From positions 992,001 through 1,056,000 of the forward strand of contig NW_025767019.1 in assembly GCF_003918875.1 (NCBI RefSeq): DNA of 64,000 nucleotides, written 5' to 3'. This document shows, piece by piece, positions 51,276 through 62,309 of this stretch; position 1 is the stretch's first letter; the number at the start of each line of letters is the position of its first letter. Both the position numbers and the translations under genes were made by a program. Source of the DNA: Haliotis rubra (Eukaryota). The notes under the pieces are model-generated. The model had not been told where the DNA came from and did no database searches. It worked only from the letters and a program-made list of their open reading frames with translations.

Positions 51276-51562
51276 CACTTGTTTTCTGAACACATCAGCT
51301 ATGGCTAGGTTAACGAGAGGTGTTGATGGACGATATGACGGTCCTGGCGACGTGATGTTACATGGGATCAACCACTACGTGGACGGTCATCAGTGCTGTT
51401 GGGGGCATGTATCGCTGTCTCAGACGTTCTATCGTTCGTAAGCTGCAATTGAAGTCATTAGTAATGACTCGAGCACGTTGACCAGCGTCTAGACGTCCAA
51501 TGGCTTGTTGCCGTTGATCTCGCGTTAACATAGCCATAGCCGCTGTGTTCAGAAAACAAATG
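51276..51562 (-). mobile_element. Tc1-like transposase N-terminal (HTH) remnant between ~40-bp inverted repeats
   Basis: MLTRDQRQQAIGRLDAGQRARVI.NDFNCS.RTIERLRQRY. Inverted TTGTTTTCTGAACAC...GTTAACGAGAG / CTCGCGTTAAC...GTGTTCAGAAAACAA. Duplicated at ~57528-57817. Confidence 0.7.
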
Positions 51563-52571
51563 AACTTGACTTCCGGTGTAAATGTGAAAACAAATACTCC
51601 ATTGATACTTAAATGTCATTTCCAATATTACGACGTTTCTTTTGCCTTTCAGTATATTCCACACAGTGGCTAGCTTTAATAGGTAGAAGAAATATCTAAA
51701 AGCCAGTATCTGCAAAACTGGGGAACTGGTATGGAGGGTTCGGGGGTAGCCTTGTGGTTAATGCGTTCGCTTGTCACCTCGAAGACCCGGGTTCGATTCC
51801 CAGTATGGGTAAAATGAAGCCTATTTGTGGAGTCCGCCGCCGTGATATTGCTTGAATACTGCTACAAGCAGCGTTAAACCAAATTCTCTAACTCACTCAC
51901 TCACTCAAGCGGTTCGTAACGCAAACAATTTAAAAAAACCTTTTCTTGTGAAAAGTATATCTTCTCGCTCAAAATGGTATTCAAGCTGGTTCTCAAATTT
52001 AGAACTACAATCCATACCCTGCCAAGCTGAAACCGGTCGCTGGTACACTATTTCGAGAGTGGAACGGGTGTCAGCTACCTAACTCGCATGATCAGGGGAA
52101 GGAGTTTCAGTCTCTTGTCAGGGAGCGGGCATTTTAGGTTGGATAACTTGTCACCAATCCCTTTCACATTTGTGAATAAAATATGTTGAAATCAAATCAA
52201 GCCCTTCTCCAGTAAGCAAGTCGTCACAATCCGAAAGCAAATCTGTTCAAATTCTCAAAAAGAGAGAAAACATTTCTTTTGAAAATAATTTATATACTGT
52301 TTAAACATGTTACTGTTGAAACTTAATACCATATCCTGTCATCTTAAAATGAATTGTTAAGAACTCCCCTGCGCTGGATACAATTGCTAAAACAAAAACC
52401 CAGTCAGATAAAGTTTTATGTCTATTTTTTATTATTTCTTTTTATTTATTTTGTTTTCAAATTTGTATTCCTCTAAAGATGTTACATGAGACATACATGG
52501 TGTATATGCATTGTACAGGACATGAGAAATGAGAAATATATATGGTATATATATATAATTATATATTATAA

Positions 52572-54041
52572 TTACAGGGCTGTAGCCGGTAAAGCCACAT
52601 TTCCAATAGATTAATTAATTAATGGATTACCGTAACCGGTATAAGAGTGTCCCCATGTATAATATTGTTTTCACAAGAAACGAATAATCTTTCCTACTCA
52701 CAAACGTGGTGTTTAAGCAATACCGGTAAAGGACTGTTCCTACACTAAACGCTAAAAGAAACGTTACCCTCTTACCTTTATGAATTACTTAAAAACTATC
52801 AAAGATATGTTAGAAGGTATTAGTTTACAAGAGAGCTTAACAACACAGCTTTATGCAAATCACGAACCAAATTCTCAAACGCATTCATATTTAGGTGAAA
52901 TGCATCTTTTTCAGAAGAGTTAAATTGTCCTATTTTCGACCATGCCGAAATAAACCAATAACAATGATTTAGATGTCCAAAAGAAAGGGTGAAATAAAAT
53001 TCTGCTTTGAGACAGAGATAAACCATTTAAAGTCACCATTTTTCAATTATTAAAACAAGAAACAACTGTTGTAGAGTGTGTAAAATTGTAAAAGAATCAT
53101 ACCTATGATTTCAGTCTTTAAAAAGATTTTCTGCTGATTTGCATTAGTGAAAACAAGTACAACGTATCTTTGATATTGTGCAAAAGTGTTTAGGAACACA
53201 TCAACTTATCTTTGTTAACATTTGTGCTTGCAAAGTAACATTTTTCCATTTTCTGTTTACACACAGCAATATCAATCACCAAAACGTAGAAATATTCAAG
53301 CAGTATTTGCATCAATTTCACGTACAGAATGATTTTATAGGGTATAAAGAGAGCCTAGAATGTCCAGATTAATCTAACTGATTTCGAAAACCAGGGACAC
53401 CGTACCAACAATCTAGAAGGATGGCACAATAAGGTAAAGAGACTTGTCCAAAAGTGCAAACCCTGACATTTACGAGATCGTAAAGCTCTTTCAGCGTGAG
53501 CAGTCTCTCACAGAGGTTGCTGTCCTGAGACTATCTGACCAGTGGACAGCACCTTCACGAAGAAAGAAATATAATACGCTCGTATTGCATCACTGAAGAC
53601 CAAGCTTCTGAACCAACACCTGAGTGACATGGAGTATAGGACCATGTGGGCGACCTCCTTCATCTGCAGTAGGGGGTGTAAAAAAGAATGTTTGTAAATG
53701 ATGTTTTGTGATCTTACGCCATTTTATCTGGTTTTACACATGGCAACAAACTTAACCATTATCATTATTATTATGTTTTACAGATTAAGATGTATTATTA
53801 TGTGATAATATTATATCTAAAATACCTATTAGTATATTACATGTATATTTTGCCAATTATAGAAATGAAATATGTTGTGATCTGAATAAACCTATGAGGA
53901 AACATGTCTTGTTAGTTAAATACGGTAACCTGTTTGAATCACTAAATATGTTTTGACAGCCACTTCCATCTTCACGCAACCATATCAGCAACATCAATTT
54001 TGGCTATCTGTTTCGGAAATGTGGTTTTCCCGGCCTGTAAC
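52572..54041 (+). mobile_element. Mutator (MULE)-derived element with transposase remnant
   Basis: Degenerate TIRs (..AAAGCCACATTTCC.. / ..GGAAATGTGGTTTTCCCGGCCTGTAAC). Internal remnant GHRTNNLEGWHNKVKRLV...PDIYEIVKLFQREQ at ~53395-53520. Second copy at ~58661-59947. Confidence 0.65.
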
Positions 54042-55036
54042 CACTTTCTACCGCACTCCCCAACACAAACAATTATACCGAGCCTTCTGATATTGTTGTT
54101 CAACGTCAGTGGTACACTGTCCAGTCATCTGCATTCCTTTGTTTTCCAGCCAAACAACGAGTTTTAATCTTCAATGGATGTTATTAACTGTGTAACTATA
54201 TTTACACATTGCCTAATGCCTAAATAAAAACAAATTGAACCACTGTCTTCCTCCCTGCCTGGTCCAGTGTGTTGGTACAAACATCGCCTCTAATACTGTG
54301 TGTATTGCTGATACTGCTAGCATTGTTAACTCATCTTTATAGGCAATTGCACATTGTCACGTGTGTAGCATGAAGCACCCATCACCCATTTGTACACACA
54401 GCATTTATTCCAACCTCAATTATCGGTATATTTGATGCCCGCCTGGATTATCACTCGGGGAATAATCTCCCCTCATCCCCGTACAGAAACGCTGGACACA
54501 CAAGCCATCACCGTTTGTCCCCAAGCTGGAGCGCTGGTCACTCACAAGGTGCTAGCTTCCTATAATTGCTCCGTTTTAGTCGGGATTTGTTGTTTCAGAG
54601 TTACAGACGCTGTTTGCCTTATTACACCGTCATTAGACTGAAGTGTTAACGATAGTATGCAGTAGTTGTTAATTAGTTTGTGTATGTAATCAGGTCATTG
54701 ACGGTGTGTAGGTATATATACAGTTTGGGAAACTGCAGAGGGCATCATTATCTAGCTACTGTTGTATAAGACACAGGGCAGTTCAAGAAACTTTACACTG
54801 CCTAAAACAGGAAGACATAGACACTACGGGTAAGGATTCCGCCTACAAGACGTTATAATGGTTTGCTTACAACCAGAATCATGATAACTTCCATCAACAT
54901 CTTCCAAGGATGGAGATGAAAATCACATATTATTTGCTGTACTCCAGCGTGCTACATCAGTAACATTTCTGTTGTATCTTAATAATATGAATTTGACTCA
55001 TTTTATAACACTGTCGATATTTGTTTTCAGGTTAAA

Positions 55037-57088
55037 ATGACTCCTTCTGCAATGTCCTTGATGAACACACTTTGCCTTGATAGTCCTGATCACGTGACAT
55101 CTGGTCGTCTTTCTATTCCTGAAGATGCCGGCGTCTTGCCTCGCAGCCTCACTTTCGATGACGACGATGACTCACGTGACAGCGGTTTCGAATCTCACGG
55201 AAGTGATTCCGAGGTAAAACTCCAAACTGTGTTACTATTTCCACAGATCAAGAAAACATGCTTTTAAAGTTTGGCAAGTATGGGTAAACACACAATACAC
55301 ACCCATATCTTTATCAAGAACCAAACCAAACAATGCACCTTCAGAGAGTAATCTTAATATTCCCTAACTTAGGATCCTGCGGACTCTGGGATAGATTAGG
55401 CCCCAGGAACCCGTGCTGGTCTTAAGAGGCGATGAAAGGGATCCGTGGTCTGACTCGGTGGTGGATTGAGCGTCACCATAGCCTGACGTCGTGTATCGTT
55501 CCTCATTTTATCAATCACTGGATTTTCTGGTCCAGCGGTCATATAGCTGGACTATTTCCTCCTCTACCAAAAACAAAACAAAACGAAACCTGTTACAATT
55601 ATGAATGTATTGCCCTTCTCCATTTACAGGGATCCCCACTCAATTGTTTTCTGTCGATCAGAACAATCACCGACTTCAGTTCAGTCAAAAAATCTTTATT
55701 CTCACCAAAACGGCCACGTGATGAGGATGACAGCCCAACAGCAAAGAGATCTAGATGTGATGACGTCATGTGTCGTGAAGAGCTCTATATTTTGGAATCC
55801 CCCGAATCCATGAAATCAGCTGTGGATAAAATGGAGGCGGAAATCAATCTGATTGGCGATGGCTCAAAGGTAATAATCTATGCATGCATGGAAATATTCA
55901 CAAAGAACTCAAGTTTTGCTGAAATGGTCCACGGGATCTGTCGCTCATTTATTTTGGTTTGTCATATTTGATTGTATAATGGAGTCATTATTTGTTCTCC
56001 AGTGTCACAGGCTCCCGACCATCACAGGCCGACACAAGGATCTCAAGTCAGTGTCTCCACGAACAGTCAGTCAACTACTGACAGGGAAATACGATGACGT
56101 CATTTCCGGGTACCAGATCATCGACTGTCGCTACCCATATGAATATGAGGGTGGTCATATAGAGGTAAATACATGTAATAAGTTATTTGTTGTCATTTGA
56201 GACTGTAATGATGTAATATCTAGTCTATCTATCTAGAACATAAACATCCCTAATAAGGTCCAGAACACATTCTGTGCATCTTGTCATCCCCCAAATCCAC
56301 GTTCTTACAGGGTGCCATCAATCTCCACAACGAGGCTCAAATCTCGGAGTTAGTCACCAGCCTACGAGTGAGGGAGTCGACTCAACGGGACATCCTGGTC
56401 TTCCATTGTGAATTCTCCTCAGAGAGAGCGCCCAAACTGTAAGTTGCCCTTGTGTACCTGGTTTTATCTGTCTCTCTTCTCTCACCCTTAACTTTGTTGA
56501 ACTGACCCGAACCTTGGCATTGAAACAGTTTTACGCTGTGATGCACAGTTCATACCGACATGTTCCTCATCTGATGCAATCTTTCTTAACCCCAGATTAC
56601 GCCATCTGCGGAGTTTAGACCGGAAGTTGAACAGCGACTGCTACCCGTTCCTCTTCTACCCGGAAGTGTACTTACTGGACGGCGGTTACAAGGCTTTCTA
56701 TGAACAACATCAGGTACGTTCACAGTTGTTGTTTCAGTAAAGTAATTATACTTGACTCAAACTTTGGCTAAATCTAAAACGAGCGCAACTTGGGGAGGAG
56801 TAAACTTAGAAACGCCATATCTAGTTTTTTTATATTTTATTAATACATCACGCATTTCGCAAACATTTGCTTTACAAGAGATCACACAAGTAAGGTTACT
56901 GACAAAGGTGCTTGTTTCAGCGACAGTGTCAACCAAACACCTACATTCCCATGCTGCACGAGGACTACGCCAGTCAACTACGTCACTTCCGGTCTAAGTC
57001 CAAGACGAACAAGACCGCGAAAAAGAAATACGTGCGCAGTCGGAGCTTAGAAATAGATGTTTCACCACTGAAGTTTTCCCACTTATGA
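55037..57088 (+). CDS. CDC25: CDC25/string-like M-phase inducer phosphatase, copy 2 (intact, 330 aa)
   Basis: Exons 55037-55213, 55630-55869, 56003-56164, 56311-56438, 56596-56713, 56921-57088 (993 nt, GT-AG, phases consistent). Rhodanese-fold active site [21 protein letters not shown], and AATAAA at 57206. Confidence 0.92.
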
Positions 57089-57444
57089 GGCTGACATCAC
57101 TCAACGATCACGATGACATTGTTGCTATTTATATATTGTTATGTAATCTTTAACTTGTTGACTGTTTTCTGCATATAGTGCTGGTTGTCTGTGGTATAAA
57201 TCCGAAATAAAGTTGAAATATACGCACCCACTTCTTCTATCAATATGTTTTCAAGATTTACAACTGACTTGCTTTCGCTTGTGTTTGTGACGGATGTGGC
57301 AGGACACGCTCACCTTGTGAGATTACTATTTGATAGTCTCTCAAAACCGTGCAATAGGTGAATGAGTGAGTTTGGGTTTTACGCCGCTTGTAGCAATATT
57401 CCAGCAATATCACGTCGGAGGACACCAGAAATGGGTTTTCAATG

Positions 57445-60249
57445 GCACAAAGACAACATTGAAATCGAGATGCACTTGCATCTTGCATGCATTCAGGCAT
57501 CAATTGCCGGCTTGTATGGCAAACATTCACTTGTTTTCTGAACACAGCAGCTATGGCTAGGTTCACGAGAGGTGTTGATGGACGAAATGACGGTCCTGGC
57601 GACGTGATGTTACATGGGATCGACCACTACGTGGACGGTCATCAGTGCTGTTGGGGGCATGTATCGCTGTCTCAGACGTTCTATCGTTCGTACGCTGCAA
57701 TTGAAGTCATTAGCAATGACTCGAGCACGTTGACCAGCGTCTAGAGTACGTCCAATGGCTTGTTGCCGTTGATCTCGCGTTAACATAGCCATAGCTGCTG
57801 TGTTCAGAAAACAAATGAACTTGACTTCCGGTGTAAATTTAAAAACAAATACTCCATTAATACTTAAATGTCATTTCCAATATTACGACGTTTATTTTGC
57901 CTTTCAGTATATTCCACACAATGGCTAGCTTTAATAGGTAAAAGAAATATCTAAAAGCCAGTATCTGCAAAACTGGGGGTAGCTTTGTGGTTAATGCGTT
58001 CGCTTGTCACCACGAAGACCCGGGTTCGATTCCCCATATGGATAAAATGAAGCCTATTTGTGGAGTCCGCCGCCGTGATATTGTTTTGAATACTGCTACA
58101 AGCAGCGTTAAACCAAATTCTCTAACTCACTCACTCAAGCGGTTCGTAACGCAAACAATTTAAAAAAACTTTATCTTGTGAAAAGTATATCTTCTCGCTC
58201 AAAATGGTATTCAAGCTTGTTCTCAAATTTAGAACTACAAGCCATACTCTGCCAAGCTGAAACCGGTCGCTGGTACACTATTCCGAGAGTGGAACGGGTG
58301 TGTCAACTACCTAACTCGCATGATCAGGGGAAGGAGTTTCACTCTCTTATCAGGGAGCGGGTATTTTAAGTTGGATAACAATCCCCAATCCCTTTCACAT
58401 TTGTGAATAATATATGGTTAAATCAAATCAATTCCTTTTTAGTAAGGAAGTCGTCACAATCCAAAAGCAAATCTGTTCAAATTTTCAAAAAGAGAGAAAA
58501 CATTTCTTTTGAAAATAATTTATATACTGTTTAAACATGTTTAAATAATGTTATCCTGCCATTGAAAATGAATTTTAATAACCATATCCTGCCATCTTAA
58601 AATGAATTCTATTTTTTTTAAGAACTCCTCTGATGCTGGACATACAATTGCTAAAACATGAAAGCCACATTTCCAATAGATTAATTAATTAATGGATTAG
58701 CGTAACCGGTATAAGAGTGTCCCCATGTATAATATTGTTTTCACAAGAAACGAATAATCTTTCCTACTCACAAACTTGGTGTTTAAGCAATAACGGTAAA
58801 AGACTGATCGTACACTAAACGCTAAAAGAAACGTTACCCTCCTACCTTTATGAATTACTTAAAAACTCGAGATATGTTAGAAGGTATTAGTTTACAAGAG
58901 AGCTTAACAACACAGCTTTATGCAAATCACTAACCAAATTCTCAAACGCTTTCATATTTAGGTGAAATGCATCTTTTTCAGAAGAGTTAAATTGTCCTAT
59001 TTTCGACCATGCCGAAATAAACCAATAACAATGATTTAGATGTCCAAAAGAAAGGGTGAAATAAAATTCTGCTTTGAGACAAAGATAAATCATTTAAAGT
59101 TACCATTTTTCAATTATTAAAGCAAGAAACAACTGCTGTGGAGTGTATAAAATTGTAAAAGAATCATTCCTATGATTTCAGTCTTAAAAAGATTTTCTGC
59201 TAACTGCTTTAGGAACACATCAACGTATCTTTGTTAACATTTGTGCTTGCAAAGTAACATTTTTCCATTTTCTGTTTACACACAGCAATATCAATCACCA
59301 AAACGTAGAAATATTCAAGCAGTATTTGCATCAATTTCACTTACAGAATGATTTTATAGGGTATAAAGAGAGCCTAGAATGTCCAGATTAATCTAACTGA
59401 TTACGAAAACCAGGGACACCGTACCAACAATCTAGAAAGATGGCACAATAAGGTAAAGAGACTTGTCCAATAGTGCCACCCTGACATTTACGAGATCGTA
59501 AAGCTCTTTCAGCGTGAGCAGTCTGTCACAGATGCTGCTGTCCTGAGACTATCTGACCAGTGGACAGCACCTTCACGAAGAAAGAAATATAATACGCTCG
59601 TATTGCATCACTGAAGACCAAGCTTCTGAACCAACACCTGAGTGACATGGAAAAACTAAACCATTATCATTATTATTATGTTTTACAGATTCAGATGTAT
59701 TATTATGTGATAATATTATATCTAAAATACCTATTAGTATATTACATGTATATTGTGCCAATTATAGAAATGAAATATGTTGTGATCTGAATAAACCTAT
59801 GAGGAAATATGTCTTGTTAGTTAAATACAGTAACCTGTTTGAATCACTAAATATGTTTTGACAGCCACTAACATGTTCACGCAACCATATCAGCCACATC
59901 AATTTTGGCTATCTGTTCGGGAAAGGTGGTTTTCCCGACCTGTAACCACTTTCTTCCGCACTCCCCAACACAAATAATTATACCGTGCCTTCTGATATTG
60001 TTGTTCAACGTCAGTGGTACACTGTCCAGTCATCTACATTCCTTTGTTTTCCAGCCAAACAACGAGTTTTAATCTTCAAAGGATGTTATTAACTGTGTAA
60101 CTATATTTACACATTGCCTAATGCCTAAATAAAAACAAATTGAACCACTGTCTTCCTCCCTGCCGGGTCCAGTGTGTTGGTACAAACATCGCCTCTAATA
60201 CTGTGTGTATTGTGATACTGCTAGCATTGTTAACTAATCTTTATAGGCA
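57445..60249 (+). repeat. Segmental direct repeat, copy A'
   Basis: Colinear with 51193-54345. Confidence 0.9.
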
Positions 60250-60344
60250 TATAGGATAATCTCCCCTCATCCCCATATAGAAACGCTGGACACACAAGCC
60301 ATATCGTCCATTTTGAATTTCTAATGAGGTTCATGGTTTTGAGT

Positions 60345-60515
60345 CTATTTTTAGATGATGAGTCATTGTTTCAGGTTATATTTAGACCATGAGTCATATC
60401 AACATCTGTTGTTTCTATTTTTAGAAGAGTCTATTTTTAGACCATAAGTTATGATTCTATTTTGTCGACTCAGGTGGGTAATAAAAGGTCCCCCGAACAG
60501 TCCTCCATATCATTC
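60345..60515 (+). promoter_or_regulatory. MEF2-like / AP-1 motif cluster with TATA-like and Inr-like elements
   Basis: CTATTTTTAG at 60345, 60415 and 60431; TTATATTTAG at 60376; TGAGTCA at 60359 and 60390; TAATAAAAG at ~60479; TCATTC at ~60510. Confidence 0.55.
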
Positions 60516-60597
60516 TGACTTCAATCGCCAGAGAGAACGTCCCTTCTCCATTCTATGTTCTTGACTCTACTGGTTCTTGTAGCTGTTTACCTCGAAG

Positions 60598-61134
60598 ATG
60601 GAAACCGTTCACCGTGATATTCTCAGTTGTGATAACGAGGCGCTGGTAAAACTTCAAAATCCCAGATGTCATTTACATCTAGGGGGCGACGTCTATGTGA
60701 CAGCCAAGACATGGAATGGAGAACTAGAAATTCATGTGAGGAAGTACGAAGTATACCCGAGTGGCAAGTGCTACCCAACCAAGCGAGGCATCGTGCTTAC
60801 CTTGAAACACTGGCTGGAAGTGTCTAGTGTTCACGTGCAGCTGAAACAGCAGGGAAGGTACTCACACGTCCATGTTGGAGGGAACATGTACGTTTCCTGG
60901 GACGACAATGGTATTGATGTGCGACAGTGGGAGAATGATCAGAAAAGTGGTAGAGTGATACCTACCAACCAATGTATTCTGTTGTCTCTAGATCAGTGGG
61001 AAAAGCTGGTAGATTGTGTAAGAGTCATGTTTGACTTTGTGCCAGAACTGATGCTTCAGGACGATCATCAAAACCAGATGGGATACCTCCAGTGTTCCTT
61101 TTGCATCCCTAGTGACTACAGTCACTGCGTGTAA
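60598..61134 (+). CDS. Intronless tandem PC4/Sub1-like (ssDNA-binding fold) protein with C-terminal H/C motif
   Basis: Two repeats, HLGGDVYVTAKTWNGELEIHVRKY...PTKRGIVLTLKHW and HVGGNMYVS..GIDVRQW...IPTNQCILLSLDQWEKL, followed by DHQNQMGYLQCSFC. Confidence 0.75.
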   Translation: METVHRDILSCDNEALVKLQNPRCHLHLGGDVYVTAKTWNGELEIHVRKYEVYPSGKCYPTKRGIVLTLKHWLEVSSVHVQLKQQGRYSHVHVGGNMYVSWDDNGIDVRQWENDQKSGRVIPTNQCILLSLDQWEKLVDCVRVMFDFVPELMLQDDHQNQMGYLQCSFCIPSDYSHCV

Positions 61135-61193
61135 AGCCATTCTTGGTTTAGACGCTGTACTGTGCGGACGTGTTACCACTGCTCTGGGATATC

Positions 61194-61529
61194 ATGGATG
61201 TTTGTGGACATTACCCACTTGACAACACTGTCATTGCCGATTGCTGTGCAATCAAGACTGAATGGACTTCATTCCAGAAAAGACTCGATTCGTTTAAAGA
61301 CTGGCCAGTGCAGATGAAACAGAGTCCTAGTCACATGGCCCAGGCAGGATTTGTGTACTTAATCAGAGGGGACGCTTGCAAGTGTTTTCAATGTGGTCTC
61401 GTTCTCAAGAACTGGGAAGTAGAACATGAAAAATGGTCTCCAGATTGTCCATATTTGGCCCTGGTGGGAGTACCTCAGAAAGAGGTGGCCCGCTGGGGTA
61501 GTCATGTGGATTTGCAACCAAGAGTGTGA
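61194..61529 (+). CDS. Intronless single-BIR inhibitor-of-apoptosis-like protein (BIR with internal deletion)
   Basis: RLDSFKDWP...MAQAGFVY..GDACKCFQCGLVLKNWE.EHEKWSPDCPYL. The C-to-H spacer is 10 aa instead of 16. Confidence 0.8.
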   Translation: MDVCGHYPLDNTVIADCCAIKTEWTSFQKRLDSFKDWPVQMKQSPSHMAQAGFVYLIRGDACKCFQCGLVLKNWEVEHEKWSPDCPYLALVGVPQKEVARWGSHVDLQPRV

Positions 61530-61674
61530 TGTAAAATGTGTGACTATTGGAAATAAATCAATGTTAAGAGTATGTCTGCCTTGGTTGTCTATGTATAGTA
61601 TTAATAGAGGTTTACTCAAATACTTATCTCATTGAGATCCCAACCACGATAAGAGTTTGTTTGCTAGAAATAGT

Positions 61675-62081
61675 ATGGCTAGGTACGTGTTGAAACATTA
61701 CGAATTTTTAAGGTTCATGTTAATGTTTCAAGACATTGAGGAGATTCGACAAGACATCTTAGAAATGAACAGAGAACAGATTCTTGCCATCAATGGTATT
61801 ATCAATAGGTTATTAAAGGGAAGATTACCAGTGACTCAATATGAAAGACGTCGTTTCCTGAGGAAAAATGATAGAAATAACTATCTAGAAGATTAGTTCA
61901 CCCCCTGTGGACGACAGACAGTATGTGGAAGAGTCTTTTTGCCAGTAACATGCCAATCGTAGCATTTGTTTTGAAACCACAGTTTGTCAATGCACTTAGA
62001 GATGAGGCCATTCAAAATGCCTGGTTGTTAGATAGAGCATTGGCTAAGTATGTTTGGTACACCTGGTTTAGTTTGTCATAG
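61675..62081 (+). pseudogene. Frameshifted small basic ORF resembling a Maverick/Polinton accessory ORF
   Basis: MARYVLKHYEFLRFML...EQILAINGIINRLLKGRLPVTQYERRRF, continuing in another frame as RRLVHPLWTT...FSLS*. Family resemblance is from memory, not from a search. Confidence 0.4.
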
Positions 62082-62309
62082 TAGTGCATCCAAAACATCC
62101 TGGCAGTGATGTTGAAAGCTATACCAAGCCCAAGGTCAATGAAGATGTCTATATAACAGGCCACAAGGGCTATCTAACTTCATTTAGCCGTGGACCAGTG
62201 ACAGTGACGCATCACCTCAAGCCGCTCCCGTTTTCATCATGAATAATCCACAATACAAACTCTTCGTACCCGATGCCGAAAAATGGACAAAAGTTTACAT
62301 GCTCAGGAC

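Larger units (their letters stand above)
51193..54345 (+). repeat. Segmental direct repeat, copy A
   Basis: Colinear with 57445-60249 (same Tc1 remnant, SINE and MULE remnant), with small indels. Confidence 0.9.
60303..62309 (+). mobile_element. Putative endogenous Maverick/Polinton (adintovirus-like) segment
   Basis: Dense co-oriented intronless ORFs (PC4x2, BIR, basic ORF, MNNPQYKLFVPDAEKW.. at 62239) with an abrupt junction to host sequence. No hallmark polymerase, integrase or capsid gene in the window. Confidence 0.5.
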
